DNA of 64,000 nt from IMG/VR virus record IMGVR_UViG_3300028833_000065; one strand, written 5' to 3'. The notes under the pieces are model-generated. The model searched no databases, was not told the origin of the DNA, and saw only the letters and a program-made list of their open reading frames with translations. The translations under genes were made by a program, and so were the position numbers. Of this stretch, positions 1-9,510 are shown piece after piece (positions within the stretch are counted from its first letter, which is position 1; each line of letters starts with the position of its first letter). This DNA comes from a virus. Lineage: Duplodnaviria; Caudoviricetes.

Positions 1-123
1 CTTCAAATAAATTTGTATCCCACTACATAATACTTCTATCTCCTTGCGCCACCGCGCCAATCTTTTATATGTATTTTTTTATTTTATATTTTATTATATT
101 TTTCTTTTCTTATATTACTCTAA

Positions 124-251
124 CAATTTTTGGGAAATGGTTCCCATTTTTTGGGAACGCTATCCCATTTTTCGGGAATATGATTCCCATTTTTTGGGAG
201 ACAATTTCCCAATAATTGTGACATTCAAATGTAATTCCCAAAAAATGGGAA
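124..251. repeat. Iteron-like palindromic repeats TTCCCA(T5)TGGGAA followed by AT-rich tract; candidate replication origin
   Basis: Copies at about 141, 162 and 184 (21-22 bp period), an inverted copy at 235-251 and a partial copy at 124-136. AT-rich tract at 60-123. Lies directly downstream of a wHTH gene. Confidence 0.6.
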
Positions 252-644
252 TTAGTAATCTTGAATATTTTTCAATGAATCATAATCTTGCGGTAATACT
301 GGTCGAAAAATATATTTATTAGGATGTTCTTCGGCATTTGTTTGAAAAAGATATCCTTTTTGTATTAATTCTGCAAAAGCATTATTTGGGCCATTTTTAC
401 CCATACCAGTGCTTTTAATTATTGCCGCAGGAGAAAAATCATAGTTTTTATTTGTTTTATTTACTCCATACCATTTAAGAAGATAACGCCATAATTTAAA
501 GCCATTGCCACTTAAATTACGCATTGCGGCTTCTTCATACTTAAAATCAATTGACATAATAAAAAGATTTCTGCTATCTTTATTATGTTGTATTTTATCA
601 AATTCAGTTAATTCGATATAATTTTGGTTAGCGTAATTCGCCAT
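252..644 (-). CDS. Winged-helix DNA-binding protein, replication-initiator-like
   Basis: LSGNGFKLWRYL...FSPAAIIKSTGMGKNGPNNAFAELIQKGYL fits the wHTH pattern of phage replisome organisers; adjacent to the iteron-like repeats. Confidence 0.55.
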   Translation of the reverse strand: MANYANQNYIELTEFDKIQHNKDSRNLFIMSIDFKYEEAAMRNLSGNGFKLWRYLLKWYGVNKTNKNYDFSPAAIIKSTGMGKNGPNNAFAELIQKGYLFQTNAEEHPNKYIFRPVLPQDYDSLKNIQDY

Positions 645-682
645 AATTATTCACTTCCATTGGAGTATTTGAATGTTTCAGT

Positions 683-850
683 TTAGGTGTTTTTGAGTGC
701 TTGGACTGCTTCGCGTAAAGCAGGAGTTTCTTCAAAATAATACACCATTAGCGTAGGCTTATTGCGATTAGGCTCTATATGTATAACTTTAAAGCCTTGA
801 CGTTCAAGCGCAATAACCAGTCTTCGCGTAAAAACTGGGTATAATTTCAT
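683..850 (-). CDS. Small conserved phage protein (55 aa, DUF5659-like)
   Basis: Translated by eye: MKLYPVFTRRLVIALERQGFKVIHIEPNRNKPTLMVYYFEETPALREAVQALKNT; RBS GGAG upstream. Confidence 0.6.
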   Translation of the reverse strand: MKLYPVFTRRLVIALERQGFKVIHIEPNRNKPTLMVYYFEETPALREAVQALKNT

Positions 851-856
851 GTTAAT

Positions 857-1072
857 TCACTCCCTTACAATTGCTTCAATAGTGTTAAGAATATGCTCTA
901 ATCCGTCTTTAATTGCCATCACTTTGCTACCATTTGGTAGTGATGCGCCAGTAAGATAATTTCTAATACTGGTTGAAGAACAATGGCATTCGCGCGCAAG
1001 AACATTAATTGGAATACCAAAGTCTGCGATTTTCTTCAATTTCATAACCTCATCCACGCTTCTCACCTCCAA
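857..1072 (-). CDS. HTH (XRE/Cro-like) DNA-binding protein
   Basis: GIPINVLARECHCSSTSIRNYLTGASLP fits an HTH pattern. Confidence 0.65.
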   Translation of the reverse strand: MEVRSVDEVMKLKKIADFGIPINVLARECHCSSTSIRNYLTGASLPNGSKVMAIKDGLEHILNTIEAIVRE

Positions 1073-1196
1073 TATAATTGTGATACGATTAGCTCCAAAC
1101 TATTACATTTGTTCTTTTCCTTATAAAAAATTTTTTTGAAAAATAATCAAAAGAAAAGACTAGATATCTTTTATCTAGTCTTATTATACATCAAAT

Positions 1197-1571
1197 TTAT
1201 TCAATTGTCAAAGTATAAAGTTTATCATTCCTTGGACCCGCGCACGGATGTAATGACATCTCAAAGGCTACACTACGAGAGACATCAGCAGAACACACTC
1301 TTTCTCCTCGCGCATCAACAACATATGCTTCATCGCTTTCCATACTAATACTTTCAAGCTCTGGGTGTGCCCACATACTAATATACACATCCTTATCCTG
1401 TACCAGATACTTTGGTGCCTTTAAAACAAACATTGTTGGTTCCTTACTATCAAAATCAATCATTGTAAGGTCAATAATGCGTGTGCCGCAAAATTCACAT
1501 TTAAGCCCATTAACAGGTAAGGGGCCGCCGCAATTAGGGCAATTAGTTCGTTTCATTAGTCTTTCCTCCAA
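1197..1571 (-). CDS. Zn-ribbon hypothetical protein
   Basis: N-terminal CPNCG...CEFCG. Confidence 0.65.
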   Translation of the reverse strand: MEERLMKRTNCPNCGGPLPVNGLKCEFCGTRIIDLTMIDFDSKEPTMFVLKAPKYLVQDKDVYISMWAHPELESISMESDEAYVVDARGERVCSADVSRSVAFEMSLHPCAGPRNDKLYTLTIE

Positions 1572-1714
1572 TTACGAATAGCGTTTGCGGCGCTATGTCC
1601 CATATCTTTACATAATAGCATTAGCCACATACAAATAGCAATGGATGATAGGCTGCCGCTAATAAGTTTTAAATACAATACAATTTCCTTTAATACTTCT
1701 ACCATACCTACTCC

Positions 1715-2101
1715 TTATGGTATGTCCGCAATAGTTTCTACATAGCAATTATAATAAATATAGCGCTTTCCATTCCAGTCAAACTTCACATAGCCCTGGT
1801 CCTGCTCTATATCAATCTTGCCTTCATACTGTTTCAGGACATTACCATCTGCCGTATAGATAGTAACAATGCGCTCCAAACCATTCTGTAATTCCGCTCG
1901 TTCATCTGTTCGCGCGCGAATACCACTCGCCGTATTGTTATAGTACCAAAACCCAAATACAAATATTAGTATCGCTACTACAATGCCCGCCGCAAGCCAT
2001 ATGCCGCGCCAACTTTCAAAGCAAAACACATACAGGACAATGCCGCCGCTAATGGCAACTACCGCGAGCACGAAACAAGTAAACCAGCCCTCAATCGTCA
2101 T
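1715..2101 (-). CDS. Membrane protein with two N-terminal TM segments
   Basis: Two hydrophobic helices, then a soluble domain; start reassigned to MTIEGW after GGAGG. Confidence 0.7.
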   Translation of the reverse strand: MTIEGWFTCFVLAVVAISGGIVLYVFCFESWRGIWLAAGIVVAILIFVFGFWYYNNTASGIRARTDERAELQNGLERIVTIYTADGNVLKQYEGKIDIEQDQGYVKFDWNGKRYIYYNCYVETIADIP

Positions 2102-2103
2102 CC

Positions 2104-2331
2104 TTATGCCTCCCAACCAATCCAATAGTAGGTGTCGCCGCAATAGGTAGTCTTTTCCACTGTATAGCCGTCCGCGCGCAAGATACGAATATTCTTAGGC
2201 AGCAATGCCTCAGTAATATACAATTCCAATTCGCCCTTCTTTTTCGCCATATCAATCTGTTCCTTAAGGTCCTCGCGCTGCTTATCTTCTTCCTTCATCC
2301 AAAGTCCCCAATACAGTTCATTCAAAATCAT
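2104..2331 (-). CDS. Hypothetical protein
   Basis: ORF in a tightly packed operon; overlapping start/stop. Confidence 0.6.
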   Translation of the reverse strand: MILNELYWGLWMKEEDKQREDLKEQIDMAKKKGELELYITEALLPKNIRILRADGYTVEKTTYCGDTYYWIGWEA

Positions 2332-2717
2332 AGTTCCTGTTCCGCCTTCCATTCCATATATTTGTCTTGTACCGCTTTCTCCAATACATCTTTATTGGTG
2401 AAGCGCTCACTATACTTCAATACCATATAAACATCATTTGGGTCGCTTGTCGGTGTAATGCGCTCTGGGCGCGCCCAGTCCTCATAATGTACGCCGCTAA
2501 CTTTACCACTCTTGGGCGCATAATGTAATGTCAAATACTTTTCAAATGGTTTATACTCGTCCAACTCATACTCTTCAATAGGATTAACTTCGCAGCAGGA
2601 TGCGGATGGATAGACCTCCATTGCGGCAATAGCCTTCTCCGCGCCCTCTTTCGTGCTAAAAATTCCTCTAATCGTATAGTCCGAATACTCACCTGTCGTC
2701 ACCACATAAACGGTCAT
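2328..2717 (-). CDS. Hypothetical protein (common phage VYVVTxGEYSDY family)
   Basis: MTVYVVTTGEYSDYTIRGIFSTKEGAE motif. Confidence 0.65.
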   Translation of the reverse strand: MTVYVVTTGEYSDYTIRGIFSTKEGAEKAIAAMEVYPSASCCEVNPIEEYELDEYKPFEKYLTLHYAPKSGKVSGVHYEDWARPERITPTSDPNDVYMVLKYSERFTNKDVLEKAVQDKYMEWKAEQEL

Positions 2718-2874
2718 AGTTCTCGCGCTCCTTCTCATACTCAATTGCTATTTGTTCCCAATTCGCAAACTCATAGCCGCAAAATTGACAATACCAAAAT
2801 CGTAAACTTTTAACACGCATCCGACAATTGGCGCAATACAGCACCCCATTTCTTTCCTTAATTGTCGTAACCAT
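2689..2874 (-). CDS. Small Zn-finger protein
   Basis: CANC...CQFC. Confidence 0.55.
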   Translation of the reverse strand: MVTTIKERNGVLYCANCRMRVKSLRFWYCQFCGYEFANWEQIAIEYEKERENYDRLCGDDR

Positions 2875-3073
2875 TCCAAAGCTCCCCATATCGTGTCTGA
2901 TAGGTAAATTCATTATGACAATTTAAACAAGTACATACTGTTGTTGTAATATTCCCATCAGGATTTATATTAACTCCATTCTTAATAATGGGCGCATAAT
3001 ACATAGCAGTTCTCATACTATACTTCTCAGTGTAGTAGCTTTCGCCGCATTTAGGACATCTAACCTCAATCAT
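2858..3073 (-). CDS. Small Zn-ribbon protein
   Basis: CPKC...CLNC. Confidence 0.6.
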   Translation of the reverse strand: MIEVRCPKCGESYYTEKYSMRTAMYYAPIIKNGVNINPDGNITTTVCTCLNCHNEFTYQTRYGELWNGYDN

Positions 3074-3279
3074 ACTTCTACCCACGGGCACCAATCTGGC
3101 TTTGGAAATTCCGTCCACCATTCTGGTGTCGTTTCCTCCTTCTTATAAAATAATGGCTCCGTAATTTGCTTCATTCCCATCGCATTACAACACCTCAAGC
3201 CCACACCTGTTAAATTAAGCGTATAAAGGCATGGGCAAAACAGGCAAGATTGCGGCATCTCCCTATCTAACGCAATCAT
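3070..3279 (-). CDS. Cys-rich hypothetical protein
   Basis: MPQSCLFCPC...KPDWCP, a common small phage family. Confidence 0.6.
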   Translation of the reverse strand: MIALDREMPQSCLFCPCLYTLNLTGVGLRCCNAMGMKQITEPLFYKKEETTPEWWTEFPKPDWCPWVEV

Positions 3280-3617
3280 AGCGCACTCTCCTTTAAGTTC
3301 TTGCTGGCATTCGCGCAGAACTCCAACAGCATATCACAGACCTCTTTGCTGGGGGCCTCTTTCAGCCATCTAGTCCCTACTCCCTCAAACTTAAATTCTT
3401 CCTCTTTTGGATTCCAAATTAAGTGTGCTATGGAGTAGCAACTCTCAAACGAGTACTCAAGCTGTCCTGTGCGCGCATTCCTTACAATGGCCGGAGTCGG
3501 GCGCGTCTCCCACTTCACCACATCGTACATGATTTTATTAGGCGGTGGACTGCCCATCCATACGCAATCGCGCACCTGAATGCCATCTACCCTTTTCGTA
3601 TAATTCACCATACTCAA
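3276..3617 (-). CDS. Hypothetical protein
   Basis: ORF after the sigma-A-like promoter at 3642-3669 and RBS AAAGGAG. Confidence 0.6.
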   Translation of the reverse strand: MSMVNYTKRVDGIQVRDCVWMGSPPPNKIMYDVVKWETRPTPAIVRNARTGQLEYSFESCYSIAHLIWNPKEEEFKFEGVGTRWLKEAPSKEVCDMLLEFCANASKNLKESAL

Positions 3618-4167
3618 ATCTCCTTTCTTTCTTATACTTATATTATAATATAAATTAGAAAAAAGTCAAGCATTAGCAATCTCCCCAATTTGAGCTGCCA
3701 TTTCCCTCATTCCCTACTCAATCTACTCGCGCATCTTATCACTAAGTTTTAGTTTCCCGTGCGCGAAGCGGCTAAGAGTCGTATGGGAAGTGCCGCAGTA
3801 GATTGCCAATGTCCTCAATGGAATATTGGGGCCGTCTTCCGCGGTAAGTTCTAATATCTTTTGTTCTAATGTCATATAACCACCTCGGAATTATTGTAGC
3901 TACTATGGCCCCAAATTTTGGGAAAATAATAAGTACCTCGTGAAACGACAAAAGGAAGGAAGAAAAGAAACGAAATACGACGCCTTTCAGACCAAGCAGC
4001 CTCCACTGGATGGGAGGAGGGGTCGGGCGCATTTCTTAAGTGGGTCATTATATTAGATGGATGTGCCGAAATTTCGGCTTTTGTCAAGTATTTATCAATA
4101 AAATCTCTTTTTCTTTTATTATAACATAAAAATTGAAAAAAGTCAAGTATTTGAGAGAAATTTTTGG

Positions 4168-4336
4168 TGGTACTTTTTTGGTAATGGATATAAGAGTATT
4201 ATATATAGGGGGTAAAAATACCACCATATTATAATACCATATTTTATAAAATTAAAAATAAAAATGATATTTCTAAATGTGGTATTTTTTACCCCTATAT
4301 ATAAAAGGACTACACGCGTAATGAAAAAAGTACCAC
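4168..4336. repeat. Nested inverted repeats around an AT-rich core; candidate origin
   Basis: ATATATAGGGGGTAAAAATACCAC (4201-4224) and GTGGTATTTTTTACCCCTATATAT (4279-4302); outer pair GTGGTACTTTTTT and AAAAAAGTACCAC. Confidence 0.6.
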
Positions 4337-4427
4337 ATTTAAAAATACCAGAAAAAGAAGAAAATATTAAAGTTTAAATATAAGAAAAACTACCGGTATA
4401 GTAGCAGGATTAGGGAGCGCCTAGTAT

Positions 4428-4456
4428 TTGACTACCACCCTAATCTATGTTATAAT
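4428..4456 (+). promoter_or_regulatory. Sigma-A-type promoter for the helicase
   Basis: TTGACT-17bp-TATAAT with extended TG. Confidence 0.75.
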
Positions 4457-4476
4457 AAAATTAAGAGGTGAAGTAA

Positions 4477-5817
4477 ATGGATTAGGTATATTTATCTTCA
4501 ATAGTAACTGATTCAGATTTATCTAAATTGCACCCTGGCGAATTTAATATTATTAAAGCGCCAATTGGCTTGGGTAAAACTACTTTTATGTTTGATGAAA
4601 GAATTTTAAAATTTGCGCGCGACCGCAAGCATGTGCTTTATTTAATTTAGAATAAGACTACGCGCGACATGATTGCGGAATAGCATCCAGATAAGGCAAA
4701 AGTATTTGCGGACAACAATTACAATGGGTGGTTTGAACACCGTCGTAAAGGCGTGTGGACTTCGGAAGAGGATGAAAACTATGTGCATGTAATGTGTTAT
4801 CAAACTTTTGCGGCGCTCCTGCGCAATGAAGGGACGGAGTGGTTATAGGATATTGACCTTATAGTCTGGGATGAATTTGATGATGTGAAAAAATATTATA
4901 ATTCTGAAATTAAAGCGCTAAAGAAATTGTTACCAGGGTTTTCTCCGGAATTACTGGCGGATACTATCAGGAAAGGTAATCCTCGGTCTACTGTTAACTT
5001 TGTATATTAGGTTAAGAATATAATTCTAGACCCGGGGTAGATTTTGTTAATTGCGGTTTCAGCGACACCAGAATGCGCAGCCGCATTATTTCAATCATAT
5101 GTCAATTATATTATTTCGGGTGATATAGAGGCGAAATATATTGCTAAACACACAGCCTGGATTAAAAATGTAATTACAGCTGCGCGCGAAGGTATGTTTA
5201 AACCCGATGGACGCAAATATTGGTGCTATACTAAATTTATTACTGATGCTTTAGTAATAGAAGCGGCAGTGCGCCCATGGGGCTTACATCCTATTGTACT
5301 ATGGTCTGAAAATAATATGAACTTTCAAGACCAATTTACAGAAGAAAAGCGTGCGACAATAAAAACAATTTAGAAGGACGGGTATGTGCCTTCTCAATAT
5401 GATTTTGTTATTACCACTGGGGTGCTGGGGCGAGGCATCAATATGTATGACGAAACATATTAGGACTGGATTTGTAACTCCGATGAGTATGAAGATGTGC
5501 ATTAGTTTATGCGCGCAAGGTTCTCGCCGGAGCGCCAATATTTATTAGAAAGCGCGCGAGGACTTGTTCAATTTGTATAGCATGGATTTCCAATTGAATA
5601 TTATAAATGGCATAGCATTAAAGAATTAAAATAGTTACTTATTGATGAACCTATCTATACGAGTGATTTAGACCCAAAAAAAATAACAACCCCCACAGCT
5701 TTATTGGCTGCTTATCCTAATAGAGTAGAAAAACGCCGCTATGGTACAGCGCATCAAGTACAATATAGAATTAAAGAAGGTGATAATAATGAAGTACAAG
5801 AAGATGTTAGTGAGTAA
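4477..5817 (+). CDS. SF2 helicase, possibly origin-binding type (446 aa, TAG=Gln)
   Basis: Single frame if TAG is read through. Motif I KAPIGLGKTT, motif II LIVWDEFD, motif V TTGVLGRGIN, motif VI VH(Q=TAG)FMRAR. Confidence 0.8.
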
Positions 5818-6121
5818 AGAGCGCAATTAGAAACTGTATAATACAGAGCAAGATATTACTAGACTATTTAATTTATTCATAGAGCAAAATTTTCCAGCTC
5901 TTGGCTTCATTTATGATGCGGCTTAGGGGCTATGGATGTTCGCTGGCGCGGAAGAAATGGAGCAGCTTATGAAGAGTGCTCCGTTTGCGCCTTGCGAAGA
6001 CTTTGACTTGGCATAGTATATTTCCAGCTTGTCGCACGATGATATTTTTTGGATGGTTGATTTATCAACACCTAACCTAAAATTAAATCGTTGGCAATAT
6101 GGAAAAGTGGTAGAAAATTGA
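5789..6121 (+). CDS. Hypothetical protein (110 aa, TAG=Gln)
   Basis: Overlaps the helicase end; open frame with 3 internal TAGs, ends TGA before a terminator. Confidence 0.6.
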
Positions 6122-6145
6122 TAGTGAATTTTTTAAAAATATAAA

Positions 6146-6180
6146 GGGCAAGCTTTCCAGCTTGCCCCTTTATTTATTTT
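6146..6180 (+). terminator. Intrinsic terminator
   Basis: GGGCAAGCT-TTCC-AGCTTGCCC followed by a T-rich tract. Confidence 0.7.
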
Positions 6181-6297
6181 ATAAATGTTGTAATAAAAAA
6201 ATACCATCTCATTTTATTATAACATATTTTAACCAAAATGTCAAGTGTTTGCCGGCGCGCATAAAGAAAAAGAGAAGGCTTTCGCCTTCTCTTCCAA

Positions 6298-6789
6298 TTA
6301 CGCCTTAGTATAGTAAGGCTTCTTGTCTCCCTCGCGGGAAGTTACGGTAAGTACGCCCTTCTCTACGAGTCTACGAGCGCTCTGGCCTACCTGCATTACA
6401 AGCACATTTGCGGGCAGCTTGTCTGCGAGTGCGGCACGAATATCAGTTGCCGTGTATTCGGTGAAAGAAGGAAGTCCGGAAATCATGGCATCCAGCTCGT
6501 CCCGGCGTGCCTGAGCTTCGGGGGAAGGACCCTTGGGAGCCTTAGGCTTGCTTGCTCTCTCAGCTTCGCGCAGAGCAGCAGCGGTTTCCCAATCCTTATA
6601 AGCCGCTGTCGCAGCGTCATAGTCAAAGGGAACGTGAGTCTTTGTTGCTTCCATAAGCGCCTTGCTTACACTAACCTTGGCGTAGCCGCCGTCTTCAAGG
6701 GGCACGATAACAAAATTGCTGCCCTTAACACGGCCCATAACTGCGCCTTCAACACCCATAATTACCTTGTTCAGTTCGTTAATAGTCAT
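6298..6789 (-). CDS. Protein with C-terminal wHTH
   Basis: YTATDIRAAL...QVGQSARRLVEKGVL...KKPYYTKA; related to 10672-10998 and 11269-11592. Confidence 0.7.
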   Translation of the reverse strand: MTINELNKVIMGVEGAVMGRVKGSNFVIVPLEDGGYAKVSVSKALMEATKTHVPFDYDAATAAYKDWETAAALREAERASKPKAPKGPSPEAQARRDELDAMISGLPSFTEYTATDIRAALADKLPANVLVMQVGQSARRLVEKGVLTVTSREGDKKPYYTKA

Positions 6790-6902
6790 AATTTACTCCT
6801 TTTCTGTGGTTCAGTATGCGGCAGTCCACCCTGCACAATTTTTATTTCTTGTCCTCTTGGAACATCTTTATTATAACAGAAATTCGGGAAAAAGTCAAAT
6901 AT

Positions 6903-7064
6903 TTAACTTTCAATTTCTAGCACAGGGAACCATTCATAATAGCGGCCATCTTCGTCATTCGCTTCGGCATAGTAGCAAAATTCTTCTGCCTTTTCTAGCG
7001 TATGACATACGCCGTAGAATATGTCTTCGTATCCTTCTTTGCGCCCAATAATCAAATACAGCAT
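6903..7064 (-). CDS. Small acidic hypothetical protein (53 aa)
   Basis: MLYLIIGRKEGYEDIFYGVCHTLEKAEEF...; RBS AAAGGAG and its own promoter at about 7094-7123. Confidence 0.55.
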   Translation of the reverse strand: MLYLIIGRKEGYEDIFYGVCHTLEKAEEFCYYAEANDEDGRYYEWFPVLEIES

Positions 7065-7134
7065 TTTTCCAGCTCCTTTCCTTTTTTACAATTATATTAT
7101 ACCAGAATTTTCGTAAAAGTCAAATGTTTGACTC

Positions 7135-7345
7135 TTCCAGCTTACCGGAGCCTCTGCGCGAGGCTCCGACGAAATTCCAGCTTGCGGAAGGTTCCAGCTT
7201 TCCAGCTCGTAAGCCGAACATCGCAGCTTGCTGGGAGCTAAAAATCGGTGGAACCGATTTTTTCCAGCTTGGGTAGGAATGGTAATTCCAGCTTCCAGCT
7301 TATTTTCAGCTTTCTGGCGCAGCTTGTAGCTTCTAGAAACTAGCT
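7135..7345 (-). ncRNA. Putative small RNA with repeated AAGCUGGAA motif
   Basis: 7 TTCCAGCT copies and 13 AGCT in about 210 bp, interspersed hairpins, no credible ORF, - strand promoter at about 7380-7407. Confidence 0.4.
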
Positions 7346-7423
7346 TGCCTTTCCCTTTCCCTTTCCTCTTTACATATATATTATACCATAATTTTGATAA
7401 AAAGCAAATACTTGTATATCTAA

Positions 7424-7443
7424 TAGTTAGTTATAACTAACTA
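7424..7443. repeat. Perfect 20-bp palindrome TAGTTAGTTATAACTAACTA
   Basis: Seen directly; near-copies at 25268-25284 and 25293-25311. Confidence 0.8.
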
Positions 7444-7538
7444 CTTGACAGTGCGGAAATTTAGATGTATAACATCTAAAAATTTGAATTGACATTCTTA
7501 TTATTTAGTAGTATACTTACCTTGTTCTCAGGAAGGAG

Positions 7539-7847
7539 ATGACTATAATGAAGCGAATTGTTAAGAAGCGAATTGTCTTGTATTGCCCTTGGGAAGATGA
7601 AGAAATTATTGGCACAGAAGAGTATGATAGTTCCATACCAGACGAAGATATTCTTAATGCTTTACATGAACAGGGGAAGACTATGTGGCTTCCGACTTAT
7701 CCTGACTATGATGAACTTTGGCTTATGCTACCAGACAATGGTATAATGTTGCCACATTATAAGTTTGGTGTGGATGAATTTTATGTTCAGATACCGACAT
7801 TTTGGGATAAGATAAAAGATGCGCTGTTTGGACGGAAGGAGAGGTAA
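7539..7847 (+). CDS. Hypothetical protein (inverted cassette 1)
   Basis: Promoter TTGACA(7489)...TATACT and RBS GGAAGGAG. Confidence 0.7.
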   Translation: MTIMKRIVKKRIVLYCPWEDEEIIGTEEYDSSIPDEDILNALHEQGKTMWLPTYPDYDELWLMLPDNGIMLPHYKFGVDEFYVQIPTFWDKIKDALFGRKER

Positions 7848-7849
7848 AA

Positions 7850-8062
7850 ATGTTTAAAATTGGCGATAAAGTGATGATTGATAATGAGGAACGCTTAGTT
7901 GGTTATATTGTAAGTATAACCATTGACCCGTTGGAAGAATATAGTGTAAAGACAGAAACTGAGTTCAACTTTATTACTTATGTGGTTCGTGTCTTCAAGC
8001 CGTTTTATGTTAATGGATACTCGGACTTCTATCGTATGAGTGATGATTTGACAAGGGTTTAA
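7850..8062 (+). CDS. Small SH3/KOW-like hypothetical protein
   Basis: MFKIGDKV start; RBS GGAGAGG; terminator after. Confidence 0.65.
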   Translation: MFKIGDKVMIDNEERLVGYIVSITIDPLEEYSVKTETEFNFITYVVRVFKPFYVNGYSDFYRMSDDLTRV

Positions 8063-8132
8063 GGGCGAAAGCCCTTAAATTATTTTAGATGTATAACATC
8101 TAAAATAAAACAAGGCGGTTGCCCGCCTTATT

Positions 8133-8501
8133 TTAGCTATATAACTGACTGATAGCATTGCGCCATGCGATTTCCAACATTTCATATGGGTCTGCCCATT
8201 CTGCTCGGCCAGTATAATGATTAAGTTTTGTGATATCAATTGCGTTATATTCTTTTAAGTCCGCTTCATATGCGGCGAGAATATTACGCACATGCTCACG
8301 GCTTTCTTGTGCCTTTTTAAGTTCAACATCTTTTACGGGGCCATCTGGTAGCATGTTGGCGCAACCTTCATACTTAATAACCTGGGCGCATTTAGCAATA
8401 AGTTCGTTTCTATGCGCGCTGAGGTCAATGGTCAAACGCCTGTATTCGGTATCCTGAAAACTCCACCAAGTATCTTTTGTCTGTTCTTTCTTAAACAACA
8501 T
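8133..8501 (-). CDS. Hypothetical protein
   Basis: Fills one cassette with promoter, RBS and terminator. Confidence 0.7.
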   Translation of the reverse strand: MLFKKEQTKDTWWSFQDTEYRRLTIDLSAHRNELIAKCAQVIKYEGCANMLPDGPVKDVELKKAQESREHVRNILAAYEADLKEYNAIDITKLNHYTGRAEWADPYEMLEIAWRNAISQLYS

Positions 8502-8681
8502 TTATTTTTCCTTCTTTCTATTGTTCTTGGGAACAATGCTATTATAGCATATTATAGGAAAATTACAAGAAGAAGATTTAGATGTTTTACATCTAAATAT
8601 TCCTGTTGACTTCTCAATTAAATGGAGTATAATATAGCCATGAACTGAAGGAAAACAGTTGAAACCAGAAAGGGAAAGAAA

Positions 8682-9164
8682 ATGACGAAGTATCTGATTG
8701 TGCGGTGTGAAGAACTGATGGACCAGTATGAGTGCGATGCTAACCGTGAACCGATGTTTCTGGTGGATGATTGGACGAAATGGTATCAGGAAAATCATCC
8801 GAATTATCAGTTTGAAGTGTATAAGTTTGAAGATGATAAAGAATGTACTTTGGAAAAGACTTATGAAGAGTCTATGGATTATGGAATGGCATTATACTTC
8901 TGGAATATGGATGATAGCCATGAAGAAGTAGCGCCGACCGTAATTGCGCATTATAAGGGTTATAATCGCGATAAGAAAGTGCCTAATAAAGTGTGGAACG
9001 TTTTTCGACAGGGTGCTTACTGGGCAGACGGTGATGAATTTACTGAAAAGGACTTTAAGAATGACTTGAGAAGTTGCGGATATGTTGCTTGGGATGATAA
9101 GGAGCATAAGAAATTTTGGGTATATGGGTATTATGCGGACGGGCGCTATTGCTTGGGATATTAA
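8682..9164 (+). CDS. Acidic/aromatic hypothetical protein (inverted cassette)
   Basis: Promoter TTGACT(8606)...TATAAT and conserved leader at 8643-8673. Confidence 0.75.
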   Translation: MTKYLIVRCEELMDQYECDANREPMFLVDDWTKWYQENHPNYQFEVYKFEDDKECTLEKTYEESMDYGMALYFWNMDDSHEEVAPTVIAHYKGYNRDKKVPNKVWNVFRQGAYWADGDEFTEKDFKNDLRSCGYVAWDDKEHKKFWVYGYYADGRYCLGY

Positions 9165-9229
9165 GGAGCAAATGCTCCTTTTTCTTTTTTTAATTTTAGA
9201 TGTTTTACATCTAAAATAAAAAGGATGGT

Positions 9230-9490
9230 CTAAAACCATCCATAGAGAAGAGAAAGAAAATAAATATTAAGAACTACGCTTGACAGATGCATCAGAACAT
9301 CATTGATGTGCCGATGCTGTGAGAGGTCTTTACATACGCCGAAAAGCGCGATTGCGAGTCCGAACCATGAGACTTGAAGGCCGAAGAGCATAATCAGGAC
9401 TACATTCAAGATGGTAATTCCGCACCGAACATCATTCCATTCAAAGCGGTAAGGGGTTTCAATTCCGAACCAATTCTTAATCGTTTCCAT
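9230..9490 (-). CDS. Small membrane protein ending in a TAG stop
   Basis: Three hydrophobic segments; the TAG lies in the loop of a terminator hairpin. Confidence 0.7.
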   Translation of the reverse strand: METIKNWFGIETPYRFEWNDVRCGITILNVVLIMLFGLQVSWFGLAIALFGVCKDLSQHRHINDVLMHLSSVVLNIYFLSLLYGWF

Positions 9491-9510
9491 TTCTATTCTC
9501 CATTTTATTC

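Noticed and set aside
3680-4110. ORFs 3772-4032 and 3872-4087 or an RNA gene
   Set aside because: No convincing RBS, protein motif or tRNA cloverleaf; the region is left unexplained.
1-6300. Apparent excess of GCGC/CGCG tetramers
   Set aside because: An impression only; it cannot be supported without k-mer statistics.
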